64,000 nucleotides of DNA, taken from contig NC_087436.1 in NCBI RefSeq assembly GCF_036321535.1, forward strand, positions 101,992,001 through 102,056,000, written 5' to 3'. Source of the DNA: Camelus dromedarius. Lineage: Eukaryota. The translations under genes were made by a program, and so were the position numbers. Positions 12,123 to 25,032 of this stretch are shown here, piece after piece (within the stretch, counting starts at the first letter, position 1; each line of letters starts with the position of its first letter). The notes under the pieces were generated by a model, which was not told the origin of the DNA, ran no database searches, and worked only from the letters and a program-made list of their open reading frames with translations.

Positions 12123-14359
12123 CAGTAAGATCACTGGTAGACTCTATATATTGTATTGTCATTCTGTCATAAAGAATATATATGCATGTCTGTATTCATA
12201 TATGTGCATAATCTGTATGTACATAATTTTCATTCATTTTCTACAAAACTTGTAAAATTTGATGCATAGAAAGCTTGCTTTCACTTCACTTGCTTGTCTT
12301 AGATTTAAAGGCAACAATTTATAGTCATGCTTAAAATTGAAGAAAAGCAAAAAAAAAAAAAAAAGTCCATGTAGATTATACCCAGAAATGTCTGGGGGAG
12401 GTTCATGCTGGAATCTCTGTAATCATACAAGAAAAGAGTTTATTTGTTATTAAAAACTAACTTTGAAAAACTAGTTAGCACAAATATACATGTACACATA
12501 AAAAGCACCTGCTGTGAAAAATGTAAGAAATAATTTTATTAGGCAATAATAGCATATGGTCTAAAAGATGATGGTTTTCTTGAAGCCATTTAATTTTCAT
12601 TAAAATATAGCATAAAGATATAACACATTTGTGAACTTGATAGTTGTTTTAAGAAGGGACATATAATAGAACACCTATGGAAGCAGCGACCAAAAAAATG
12701 ATATTAAAAATAATATAGAAACCTTGGACTCAGAAGTGAATAGAAATTACAATTTTTGAAAATCCTAAGTGCTTCAGGGGAAATTTTTTCAATAAATAGA
12801 AGACCTAAATGTATGTTTTTTTAAACAGATCTCCAATATTCTTTGTTTAGCAATGGAAACAATATCACAGCATTTTAGGAAACTATAATTAGATGCATCA
12901 TCTTTTCCAATATTGGACCTGCCTTCTATTTTTAGGTAGTCTGGTGTTTTATTTATTGATTATTAGATTTTAATATGTATTAGATGTCAAGATAAATATT
13001 TACAAGTTTTGGAAGGAATGGTATTGACAGTAGAAAGTGATGTTTAATAATTAATTAAGATGGGAAGGAAAAAAAGCTCTTTCGAGATCTACTTTTTATG
13101 CCCTCATAAATGCCACAGCACTATGGCTTAATTACTGAAGCAATTTGTGATTGGCTGTCTCAATGACTGATCCACAGGGCCTCGATTAGGGTGCCCTAGG
13201 GATTCTAAATAGATCGAGCTGACAGCCAATGAAACAAATTGACCTCACTGCTGTTCCTTCATCCATTTGCCTCAGGCATATAGACATAGTTCATGCCTGT
13301 ATGACCCAAACACTGGATTGCAGCAAGGTCGATTCACTGTTTTCACCCATTGCAATGACTGATTTGGACTGTCACACAGTCAATCTGATTGATTACATAA
13401 AAGTTGGCCAACACAAATCAAAGTTGCTTTTCCATAGCAGCTCTCATCATGGCATAAAAACAGAGTTGTTTTACATCTCTCCAGAGCAACATGTGAAGAG
13501 GGGTTTTGTAAATCACGTTGTTCATTCAAACACAGATGTCCAAACCAGGTTTTCTCCCTTTATTTACCATCACAACTTCTTCTACGAGTTAACCGCGGAC
13601 ATTACCATCTTTAGGGCACTGAAATGCTTGCAGAAGCTGTAGGTTACATTTAGTTTATGCCCAGGAGTCATACAATAGATCACCTTTTCCAAAAAATGCT
13701 ATGTGGGCCTTTGCCACCTTGGCCGCCTACACTTAATGTTCCCACAATATGATATTTCTGTGTTTGCACGTCAGCAAAGATTTGATAGTTTGTTATTATT
13801 GATGACTTACTTTTTCCACTAACCACAATCTTCAAATTCTAGTTTAGAACTCAATTATACCTGTATTAAAGAAACAAATGAAAAAACCTTTATTATATGA
13901 GAAGTTTTAACTTCCAGGGCCACCATAGGCAATGGCTAATAGTGACTTAGGAAAGAAACATAAAGAAAATACTCTCAAGTTTTAAAATAGAAGTCTCAGT
14001 TTATATACATACAACCAGGTCATTTGTAGGGGGGCATTCATAGATCCTAATTTTCTACTGTGTAAAAAGCTTATGAATTATTAATGAGAATTTTTAAAAT
14101 ATATTGTCATAAGGTAACCCATTATAACAATATCATATAGTCAGATAATTTTATTTTCATCAGACTTGCTAGCTTCCATTCAGTTAAAATGTGAATCAGG
14201 TTAAAACAGATTTAACTTAAAGAATTATGCACTCTTATTTTAAAGTACAGCATCAAGTAATTTTAATCATTTTCTTATGGTAAAGATGAATAATGGGGGC
14301 TTATGGGAGCAGTCTATCCATTTTTGCAAAAAGGTAATTGTTAAAATTTAAAGTTTGGA

Positions 14360-17300
14360 AATTTTTTCAAAACTTTTTTTCAGAACAGTTTATATTTAGA
14401 ATAAAATTGAAAAGGAGGTACAGAAAATTTCCATATACCACACCCATCCACAGGCACAGACACCCCCTTTATCTGTATTACTACCCAGAATGTTTTTTTT
14501 CCCCAAGTGTAAACCTACATTGACACATCATACTCACCCAACATTCATAGTTTAACTTAGGGTTTACTCTTGGTGTTATATATATTATGCATTTGGAAAA
14601 ATATTCAATGATAGATATCACATTCATCATTATAGTATCATACAGAGCATTTTCACTGCCCTGAAAATTCCTCTGTGTTCTGTTTATTTGTCCCTTTCCC
14701 CCTGACACTCACAACCACTGAGATTTGTATTATCTCTGCAGTTTTGCCTTCACCAGGATGTCATATAGTGAGAATAATACAGTACATAGACTTTTCAAAT
14801 TGATCTGTCTTACATAATAATATACATTTAAGATTCAAACATGTCTTTTTTAAATTGAAGTATAGTCAGTTTACAATGTTGTGTCAATTTCTGGTGTACA
14901 ACATAAAAGTTCACTCACATATATACATACATATATTCGTTTACATATTCTTTTTCATTATAGGTTACTACAAGGTATTGAATATCGTTCCCTGTGCTAT
15001 ACAGTCAAAACTTGTTGCTTATCTATTTTACATATAGTAGTTAGTCTTTTTTTTTTGCTTTGATCATTTAATTTTAGCATTGTATAATATTCCATTTTCT
15101 GGATGTACCTCTCATTATTCATTCACTTCCTGAATGAAGTTCAGTTGCTGCCAAATTTTGACCATTAAGAATAAAGTTGCTATAAACATATATATGCAGG
15201 TTTTTGCATGATTTCCATTCCTTTGTGTTAATACCGAGGAGCATAATTGCTGGATCATACAGTAAGAGTGTGTTTAGTTTTATAAGAAACTGCCAAGTGT
15301 CTTCTAAAGTGGTTCTACCATCTTATATCCCCACCAGCAATATGAGAGACTCCCTGTTGCTCCACATCCTCATCACAACTTGGTGTTGTCAATGCCCAGA
15401 TTTTGGCCACTATAATAGTTATGTAGTGGTATCACATTGTTGTTTTAATTTGCATTTACATATCATGTGGAACATATTTTACATGCTTATTTTTCTTTTG
15501 TATATCTTCTCTGGTAAGGTATCTGCTAAGATGTTTGTCCCATTTTTTAATCAGTTTATTGGTTTTATTGTTATTGAGTTCCAAGTGTTCTTTGTATATT
15601 TTGGAAAGTAAGCTTTTATTGAGTGAGTCTTTTGCAAATATTTTCTCCCAGTCTGTGACTTGTCTTCTCATTTTCTTGACATTGCCTTTCACAAAGCAGA
15701 TATTTACTTTTTTTAAGTCCAGCTTATCAATTATTTCGTTAATGGATTGGGTCATTGGTATTGTATCCAAAAACGCATCCTCATACCCGAAGTCATACAT
15801 AAGCATATTATATATACATAAGCAAATACGTTGTTACTCTTATTATTTTGAACAACTTGTTGTATGTTAGATCAATTAAGAATAAGAAATATAAAATTTT
15901 ACTCTTACTTATTTCTCCTTAAATGTTCTTTTTTCTTCTTTATGTTAATCTGAGTTTCTGACCTCAGACATTTTCCTTCTCTCTAAACAACTTTTAACAT
16001 TTCTTGCAAGGCATGTCTTCTGACAACCACTCCCTCAATTTACATCATTTTGAAAAAGTCTTTATTTCTCCTTGATTTTTGAAGAATAATTTCACAAGGT
16101 TCAGAATTCTAGGTTGGTGTTTATTTTCTCTCAGCACTTTAAATATTTCATTCCACTCTCTTTAGTTTATGTGGCTTCTGAGATGTCAAATGGATAATTC
16201 TTATTTTTGTTTCTCTGTATAGAAGACATTTTGTTTTGTTTTATTTTCCTTATGATTTTTTCAGAATTTTTTTATCCTTTATTTTCTGTAGTTGGAAAAT
16301 GATATGCCTAGACATAGGGTTTTTTTTTTTTGGCATTTATTCCACTTTATATATGTATATATATTTTAGTTTTCTGGATCTCGGTTTGTTCCTTTATTTC
16401 TTTCTTCCCCTTCTGGCATTCCCATGTATATTACAAGCTTTGTAGTTGTCCCATTGTTTTTGGATATTCCCTTTTTTCTCTCCTTGTCTTTTTTTTTTTT
16501 TTATATACCCTCTGGCTAGGAGATTTTTTTTTCATCAATGATGTCCAGTCAACTAGTAAGCCCATTAAAGATATTTTTCATTTCTGTGACAGTGATATTA
16601 ATCTCTAGCATTTCTTTTTGGTTTTATCTTCGGAATCCATCCCCCTGCTTACATCGCCCGTCTGTAATTGCACGCTATCTACCTTATCTATTAAAGTCCT
16701 TAGCATATTAATCTTAGTTTTTTAAGAAAAAGTCCAGCCTGTTATTTCCAACGTCTCTGCCATGTGTGGCTTTGGTGTTTGCTCAGTCTTTTATTTTTTT
16801 TCTTTTGGTATGTAATTTTTTCTTTATATCTGCACATGCTGTACCAGGTAAAAGAAACTACTATAAATAAGCCTTTAGTAATGTGGTAGTAAGATGTGGG
16901 AAAGGCAAAGCATTCTTGAATCCTATGATTAGCCTTGATCTTTCAGTGAGTCTACGCATCTGGACTGTGAATTTCATGAGTGTTTCCCAGTTTATTTCAC
17001 CCCCGTTAGTTGGGACAGGACAGCTAGAGGGGGCTGAAGTAGGGTATTTTCCTTTTCCCACATGAAAAGCTAGAGTTGATTGGAGTTGGGTATTTTGTTT
17101 CTCCTCAATCAGTTAGGCTCTGATAGTATCCCAGCAGGTTGGTCTCTGGTTAACTAGTTCCTCCTCAGAGCATACCTTGTTAAGTAGAACGGAGTAATCT
17201 GTAGTATTTCAAAATGACTCCTTTTTCCCCTCTGCCTGCTGAAAGCCTGAGGAGAGCCTTCTCTGATGTTTGTTGTGGAAGTCTAATGGAGTTTCTGGAG

Positions 17301-17668
17301 GTAAATCTTACAAAACTGTGGGGACCCCACTATGACGGGGTCTCCCTGGAGTTTTTAACTCTCAGACTTGTACACATTGAGCCTCCAGCTACTCACCACC
17401 TACATTTAGGCTTTCCAATTCCAGCACTGATTCCTCTGGAGATTTCCATTTGTGAGTCTCTGCTCTGGTAAATTGTTATTCTCTGTGTTCACCTGTCAGT
17501 CTCTCCAATCTTGGGGGCAGTGGTTTGTCCTCTGTCCTCTCCTTTCTGTCTTCTTCTTTTCTCTTCTTCAAGTAGATTTGTTACATTAGAGTCTGTTTAG
17601 CTTTGCATTTGTTAAAATGCAGTGGTGACTCCAGTACACTTACATGCAGAAACAGAAACTGGAAGTCT
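14360..17668 (-). mobile_element. L1MC-type LINE with both ends retained but most of ORF2 deleted
   Basis: 3' UTR 'cagaacagtttatatttagaataaaattgaaaaggaggtacaga' near 14380. ORF2 C-terminus RRQVTDWEKIFAKD..IYKEHLELNNNKTNKLIKKW at 15456-15806. Antisense ORF1-like 'tctttatttctccttgatttttgaagaataatttc' near 16060. 5' terminus-like 'aactggaagtc' at 17658-17668. Confidence 0.8.
14851..15043 (-). mobile_element. Younger cetartiodactyl-type L1 3' end inserted into the L1MC
   Basis: 'ttgaagtatagtcagtttacaatgttgtgtcaatttctggtgtaca', flanked by a GTCTTTTT direct repeat at 14843-14850 and 15044-15051. Confidence 0.85.
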
Positions 17669-18869
17669 ATATTATTTTTTAAATTCACTGAAAGACACAA
17701 GATATGAAAAGCTAGTATTTTATTTTTCTAATAGTTAATAACAAGTATCTTGAGAATTTGTTTAGAGTACTCTCCATGGAGGTAAAATGTACAGTTTAAT
17801 AATACTGAAGAAGTAGAAGTAAATCTCATTCCACTGGGCATTTAAAGCATCTACTTATATTGATAAATAATTTAAACTAAAGAAATAAAACTAATATTTT
17901 TCAAGGATTTGCACAAGTTACCTTTTCTCAGCAAAAATAATTTCCTGTTATCTTTATTGGTAGCCCACTTATATTTGCTATTCCTCTGAGAAGCAAGATT
18001 ATAGTTTGCTTCTTTGAGGGGTAAGATTGGTAATTAACATACAATAATTTTTATAAGTTACACACCCATACACAGTTGACTTATTTTATGTGTATGTTGT
18101 TAAAAATTGAAATTATGAATAGTGTTCATCCCAGCCCTTAGAACAGATAATTAAAAAAAAAAAAAGATTAACAGCTACAGCATGAACTTCACAATAAAAT
18201 CTTTACTGTGGCTACATTTTCTAATTTTCCTACTCTAAAGCAAATGCATTTAATTTCTAATTTCTAGGAATCTTTTGCCCCAAGTTAATTTATATACAAT
18301 TACAATAGCTAGTTTTTATTAAGTGTTTCATATATGCCAGCACAATTCATGATTTTTTTTAAGTGACACTCATCATTACAGAACTATTTCATACACTACA
18401 TGGGATTTAAATTCCAGAATGACAGAAGCCATGTGCATCCTTCAGCATCCACCTCAGTACTTGATACATAACTACATAAATGTAACAAATAAATAAATTG
18501 ATAAAGAAGAAATATTTTCTAATTATATCAAAAGCCTAGTCAATGTATATTTTATTTTTTACTTTACAGAACATATTGATGGAGAGACATGAAATAAGCG
18601 TGTCTAATGCCATTTAGCCCAAAGACATTGGTCTATTAGGCTCCAAGTCTGTATCTTCATTCTTTATTGTGGTTCTAAAACTCAAGTGACTACACGGTCC
18701 AATTTTAAAGGAACAGAAATTAATTAGCTCAAGATCATTGTTGCCCCAGATAAAATTGGCAGGTATTACATTTTACTGTGTTATAAGAGAAAGTGAAAAT
18801 CATCATTTTGAGTTTTCTGCAGATTTAAATGCCACTTTTTAGTAAAAATGCAAATACATTAATGCTATG

Positions 18870-19330
18870 ATTATTAGTGCAATACAGCGTGTAGATCTAG
18901 ATTTGGGCATCACCAATGTATAGCCAATATTGAATCCATAGTTGTAGATAGACCATACGAGGAAGACAATAGAATGAAATCAAAGAAAAATCTTCAAGAA
19001 GAATCACAAATTAAAGGATGGAGAGAGGATGGACAGAGAAAAAGAAACCCAACTGGGGAAAGAGCTGGGTGAGTAGGAAGGATATCACGGTATCATGAAA
19101 ACTGAAGAAATGGTACGATTCAAACTCGGCAGTCAGTACTGCTAAGTAAAACAGACAGTTCAAGGGAAAATAAAAATCTATTATACAAACAAGAGGTGGT
19201 TACACATGTTCAGAGCAGTTTCACTGGCATGGAGTGGAAGTTGCTTTGTTGCAGGTGGAGAACATAATGTGAGCTCACAAACTGGAAACATGCATAGAGA
19301 GAATATTAGAAGCTTGGCTGCAAATTGAGG
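18870..19330 (-). mobile_element. L2 LINE fragment
   Basis: 'gtagatctagatttgggcatcaccaatgtatag' and 'agagcagtttcactggcatggagtgg' are antisense L2 phrases. Confidence 0.55.
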
Positions 19331-19502
19331 AAAATAATAGCATGGAAGGAGAATTTTTTGTGTGTGTATGTGGATACTGATGCCTTTACTTGTTTTGTTA
19401 AGTTTTACATGAAAAAAAAATGTTTAAATGCTGAAGATAAGCCTGTGGAATGAGAAGATGTGATTATAGTTAAGAGTGGATAGCATAGGGAATCACAGAG
19501 GA

Positions 19503-19627
19503 AAAAATGTGATAATGAGTGTGTATATGTCCATGCATGACTGAAAAATTGTGCTGAACACTAGAATTTGACACAACACTGTAAAATGATTATAAATCAA
19601 TAAAAAATGTTAAAAAAAAAAAAAAAA
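19503..19627 (+). mobile_element. 5'-truncated young L1 3' end with poly(A)
   Basis: 'tgactgaaaaattgtgctgaacactagaatttgacacaacactgtaaaatg', AATAAA, then a pure A run. TCACAGAGGA occurs at 19493-19502 and 19635-19644 (TSD core). Confidence 0.85.
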
Positions 19628-22449
19628 GAAGAGCTCACAGAGGAGCCTCCAAAGAAACTGCAGGTGATGCCGCCACCCAAACACTTGTAGAAGAGCAGCC
19701 CGAACAGAAGCAATGACACGTTTTCTATCATTGTGAGAGGACTCTTTGAAATACAAGCTAGACTTTTCATCTAAGGATATGTATAAAATGGCTGAGACAA
19801 GTTTGGTCTTTCCAAAGTACTTACAAACATCTTAAACAAGTGTACCTTTAACAAGGTCATCAGCATCTTTGAACTTTATTTCTAGTTTTAGGGTTAAAAA
19901 TAGTACTTTTTAGAAATTTGGAAATGTTTGTCTAAAATCAGATGGAAAAATAAATACAGCAGTACTCCAACACTGTGCTTTTTATTGATTGAGTATGTCT
20001 AGAAATGCTAGCTATGCTGTTTACTTCTCTGCCCTTTTCCCAACTCTCAAAATCCAGTTGATTCAAGGTAATTAAATACGTAATTAAAAATGAATGGAAT
20101 ATATTGGGGACTATTGTCTGATTAGTTACCTGGGTTTGTCCAATTTCTGAATCATAATCTAAACAAATATTTTCAAGGAGAAAAAATTTAGTTTGCCTCT
20201 TGGTTAAGCTGTCACATGTGTAGTCTGAGCTCTGAGGGTTTCTAGTAAAAAAAGCTGAGGTTAGAAGTTCATTATATTCTCTGTACTGTTATCCTTGTTT
20301 TAGACTTAGCAAAATTATTCACCACAATATAATTTTCTCCTTAAAACATTAGCAATAGAATTTGCTTTGACTTTTTACTGTGCATTTCTGATAAGTCAAA
20401 AAACACTATTAGTAAAAGAGAATTTTCAGTAATTTTATACAATTCTGAAAGGATTCTTTATATTCATGGGCGTCTAGCTCGATCTGTAAAAATCAGTCCC
20501 CTGTTCTTAATCTAAACAAAACCAAATGTAGCTATAATACTGGTGTGATGCCATGGGTTAACAGAAAATTTAAAGTTACTTGTAAATTAAACTTTGACAG
20601 TGACTTAAAAGGTTATTCATTAATGCCTATTTAAGGATTCATTTTCCAAAAGGGCTAAAAGTCAAGTAAAATGAAATGAACATCTTTGAGTGATGGCTGT
20701 TCACTTTGTGTGCTGAGATAGAACAAGAATAAATGACTTGCTCTCTACTATTAGGTATTAGGAAAACTTTCCAGGTAATGATATACAGTAGCTACTAAAA
20801 AGATGATTATTAGAATGTTGGTAGGAGATAGGGAGCTATATTTTATTATGCCATTCATTTGGTCCTGAATATATGTATTGACTATGCTTAGATATTTACT
20901 TTAACATGAATGTTCCCTGTCTTCACCAATACATTGTAAAGTGTTCAAGGCCAGTTATATCTTTTATTCCTTAATAGCCTACATTATGCTTTTAACATAG
21001 TATGATCAAATTAGTATTTGTTCACAAACAGATAAATATTGAGAAAATATATTTCAAGGTACGTATGTTTTCATCCAACCAAACTTTTTTTTCTTTTTCT
21101 TTTTCCTTTTGGTGAGATGCATGACTCTTTTGTTCTTCTCTTTTGTAAAGACCTAGATCCATTCATGTCTCCGGAGACATTAAACTTTGTCCTAAGCAAA
21201 ATTAATAGCGGCAACCTTAGTAGTCTTCACTTACCAAGGACCTAACAATGTTTACCCTGAAGACTGTTCTACACAAGTCTTTAAACATAGACCATTTCTT
21301 CAAATGCCTGTGTCTGTGCTTGAATTGGGATTCAAACTAAGTAAGATCTTTAATTAACATAGAACATTTATTTCAAACAAACTAAAAGAAGATATATATG
21401 TAGATATGGAATAAGCAAACATGACCAAATAAATATCAAAGTACAGCCAGGACATATAGATATGAATTTAAAAAAAATTAATGTAGGCAAGTAAGAGGTA
21501 ATATCATTATTAATGGATACAGGGTTCTTTGATCCAATTTCCTTTCTTGAAGCCCCTAGAAAACCTGCCACATACTCATTGATTTTTCCTACTCTTTTAT
21601 GAGAGAATTTTAAAAAGATTAAATTAATAAATTATGATTTAACCATTATTCTCAAACCTATAAAATACATATATATTATTTTCCTCAAAGATACACTTAA
21701 AATAAATAGATGCAGCATTTACTTCTGTAGAATGTCTTTTTAAACTGTTACCAGTTGATATTGGTGCTTTATAAGAAGAAAGAGGACTAAACACACATAT
21801 GTAAAATCAGAGTGGTAACTGGGTAGCATCCATGTAAAAGGACTAAAACACCACAGCCACTCCCAACCCTGATGTTAAATTGTGGGCCAGTAGACATTGC
21901 ACTGTCTTTTCAAGCAGGAGACCCAGAAATGCTCAGATATGAAAGGGGAAGGAGGGCTGAGCCAATGTAGCGCTATATGAATACTGAATAAGAGACTGGG
22001 CGAGCATCTTTACTGAATAATCTGTAAGTTTCTGTCCAAACACCTGGTCTCACTGACCACTTTATACAAACCAAAATTAAACCTAGCCCGGGAAGTATTT
22101 AAAAATACCCTTGATTTAGTCTGGCACCTAAAATATTTTTTATACAATCAACACCACATATATGTATGTGCTATCTCATGGTAATAAGAATACACAATTA
22201 TTGCCCATAAATCGGCAACATATTTAAAATTTTTATTATAGATGGTTTTGTGGTATTCCAGAGAAATAAAAGAGGAAACAAATATTGATTATGGAATCAG
22301 AAAGTAAAGTATGGATATACCTAAACAAATATAAAATAAACAAAGGGAATAAACCATAATCTTGAAAAAAGAGACAAGAAGATTGTAATAACTGTTTGAA
22401 ATAGCAACCACCTCCTCATCTTTATCATGTTGGTACTAAGGTAGTAGTA

Positions 22450-22640
22450 ACTCATATTTATTGAATGTACACTTTCAGTACGTCAGAAAATGTTCTAGGT
22501 GTTTACTTGAATTAATTAATTTAAACCATACAATAAATATATTAACTATGTGGTATTCCTATCCTTAGTTTAAGATTAAAAAAAAACTGAAGTCTAGAAA
22601 GCTTGAGTAATTTGTCTAAGTTTACATAATTTGTAAGTCT
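22450..22640 (-). mobile_element. MIR SINE
   Basis: 'atatttattgaatgtac...aaactgaagtctagaaagcttgagtaatttgtctaagtttacata' is an antisense MIR core. Confidence 0.7.
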
Positions 22641-24892
22641 TATTTCCAGTAAAGAGAACTCCATTAATGTGATTTAGAAAGAAACAAAAAACTGAAATGT
22701 GAATGATCTGACTTGCTGACAAGTTTTGCCAAAGAAGAAGAGGCATAACATTTAATTGACACTTTTAGGAGTCATGGGAAGGCATCTGGAATCAGAAGTT
22801 TGGCCCTCTTTTTTAAAAGCCTGCTCCTTACCCCCACCACTCTGGGCCTCTCCACCACTATCAGCTTTGAGAAAAACAGAACTGTTTTCCTTGCATCCTT
22901 AACCTTTACCAGGCATAGTAAGAAGCTCCAATCTCCCAGATCAACCCTGATCCTCTGTACTTTACACCTTAAGCTCAGTCAATCCCATCCTTGCCCTACA
23001 CAGTTGGGAGGTGTCTTCAACTGCTGTCCCATATAGTGGTTGTTCAATTATTATTTGCTGAATCAATGAATGAGTAACAGAGTAAACAATGAGAAACATG
23101 TATGATATGACTGAAATTTATGAATACATTTAAGGATTTCTTAATGTTTGAAAATAAAAAATACATTAATCTGCTTCACATTTACATTAAAAACAAGGTC
23201 AGAAATATGAGTAAATACTTAAAATAATGGTAATAAAAATAAAAATTATAAAATGTTATTTCCATTCTATGGTTAATTAAGATGAGAAAGAAGGTTATAA
23301 AGAGAAGACAAAGCATCAAAGTATTCTTAGACAAAGCCTGAAGCAAATTTCAAGAGAAAGTATTTGAAAATGCTATTTATTTTCAAGAAATAAATTTATT
23401 ATTCAAGAAATTACTTGAAAGTGATTTATTAATTCAGTTATTCAGATAAAAATCAAAATAAAATTATTTGAAATATTTATTCCTATTCCTGATGTTACCA
23501 TTCACCATAGGTAGCATTCTGGCAGTGTTTCTAGAAAAAATAGTGTGATAATAAGATGAAATTAAGCCAGCATTGTATTATAACTCTTCTTTAATCACAT
23601 CTCATGCCCAAACTCTGTAACAAAAAACTCAGATCCAGAGGAGAACAAGAATCCCCTATCAGATGAATAAAATAATCAGATGAATAAAATCACAACTATT
23701 GGGTAGAAAGAAAGTATCAATCAGCTTGGCTCTGTGTAATAGTAACAGAAACACAGATTTCAGAGCCAAGCGTCTTGGTTTCAAATTCTTATTTTATTAT
23801 GGGAGAAACGACAACTTGATGAGGTTCTTGTGATAATTAAATTAGATGATGCATATGAGATAATGATGAATAATGGACATTCCTTCAATGATGTCTCAGT
23901 AATTTCACCCCAGGAAAAAATTCTCTGATTCAGGTCGCCTTGTTTTCTCCTTCATTCCATCTCCTGTGATGACAGTCCCCATGTTTGATGAAGCTGGCAG
24001 TAATGATGGAAATTTGTGATTGTATCCTTCTGCCATCACGGAAATTTTGGTAATGAAGTTTGAATTCGTTCTGTCAACAATGGATTTTATTCTTCAAAGG
24101 TTTTAAATAATCATTTTACTTTTCAAGTGAGTGAGAAATGAGAAACAAATTAGAACCTTCATATATATAATTATCTTGAAAACTAATAATGATGCTAAAA
24201 TTAGTAAAGACATTATGATAAGTTAATATTTTTAGGTTCTACTGCAATAATTTATACTTAACTTTTATTCATTGAGCCATTATACACATAATTATGTATT
24301 AAAATTAATTTACATTATTAACTCTATTATATAGTTGTGGTTTTATGATCAAAGATGAAGTATTGAAGTACAATCTGGTTATAAAACAAAATTATTATGG
24401 TAAGACTATACAATACTACTTTTTTATATTAAAATCTGGAATGTTTTTCTTGGAAAGATACATTAACTGCAAGCAACACTTCATTGAAAAGTAAAAGGGA
24501 GAGATTGTTGATGGAGATTTTCTTAAAGAAGGAGAAATTACATTCATTACATTTCTATATTTAGATCAGTGATTTTGTTTTGATGTAACATTATCCTATT
24601 CACTTCTTTTTTCCTCAAATGAGGCTGCAGATAATTTTAGCTTTCCTGGTGGTTTGTCTATTTCTCTTAACAGCTATGACTTTTTAAATTACATATTTCT
24701 AATAGGGAGGTGGGGCAAGGAGGGTCCAATGTAACCAAGAACTACATTTGTAGATTTGATACAAAGCCCTCTAAATATAACTAATTGCATACAAGGTTAG
24801 TTAGGTTTTTCTCTAATAAAAAGAACATTTTATGCATTACTACAAAACACTAAAAAACTAAAAGAAAAAGTCACACAAAATGTATTTTATCT

Positions 24893-25032
24893 TTTAGTTA
24901 AAGTGTAATCGATTTACAATATTATATTACTTTCAGATGTACAACATAGTGATCCTTTTATTATTTTTTTTATTTTTATAGATTCTACTCCATCTAAAGT
25001 TATAAAATATTGGCTATACTCCCTGTGTACAA
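24893..25032 (-). mobile_element. L1 3' end fragment
   Basis: 'gatttacaatattatattactttcagatgtacaacatagtgat' and 'aatattggctatactccctgtg'. Confidence 0.7.

Noticed and set aside
13229..13642. 137-aa plus-strand ORF in unique sequence
   Set aside because: No recognisable protein similarity, promoter or splice context. The antisense frames I read near its 3' end all hit stops. More likely a chance ORF over a non-coding element; PhyloCSF would settle it.
15456..15806. 116-aa ORF with L1 ORF2 C-terminal similarity
   Set aside because: Fragment of a dead L1, not a host gene.
23900..24080. Possible minus-strand exon (acceptor-like 'ttgacag' followed by two open frames of about 45-55 codons)
   Set aside because: Neither translation is recognisable, and I see no convincing donor or partner exon.
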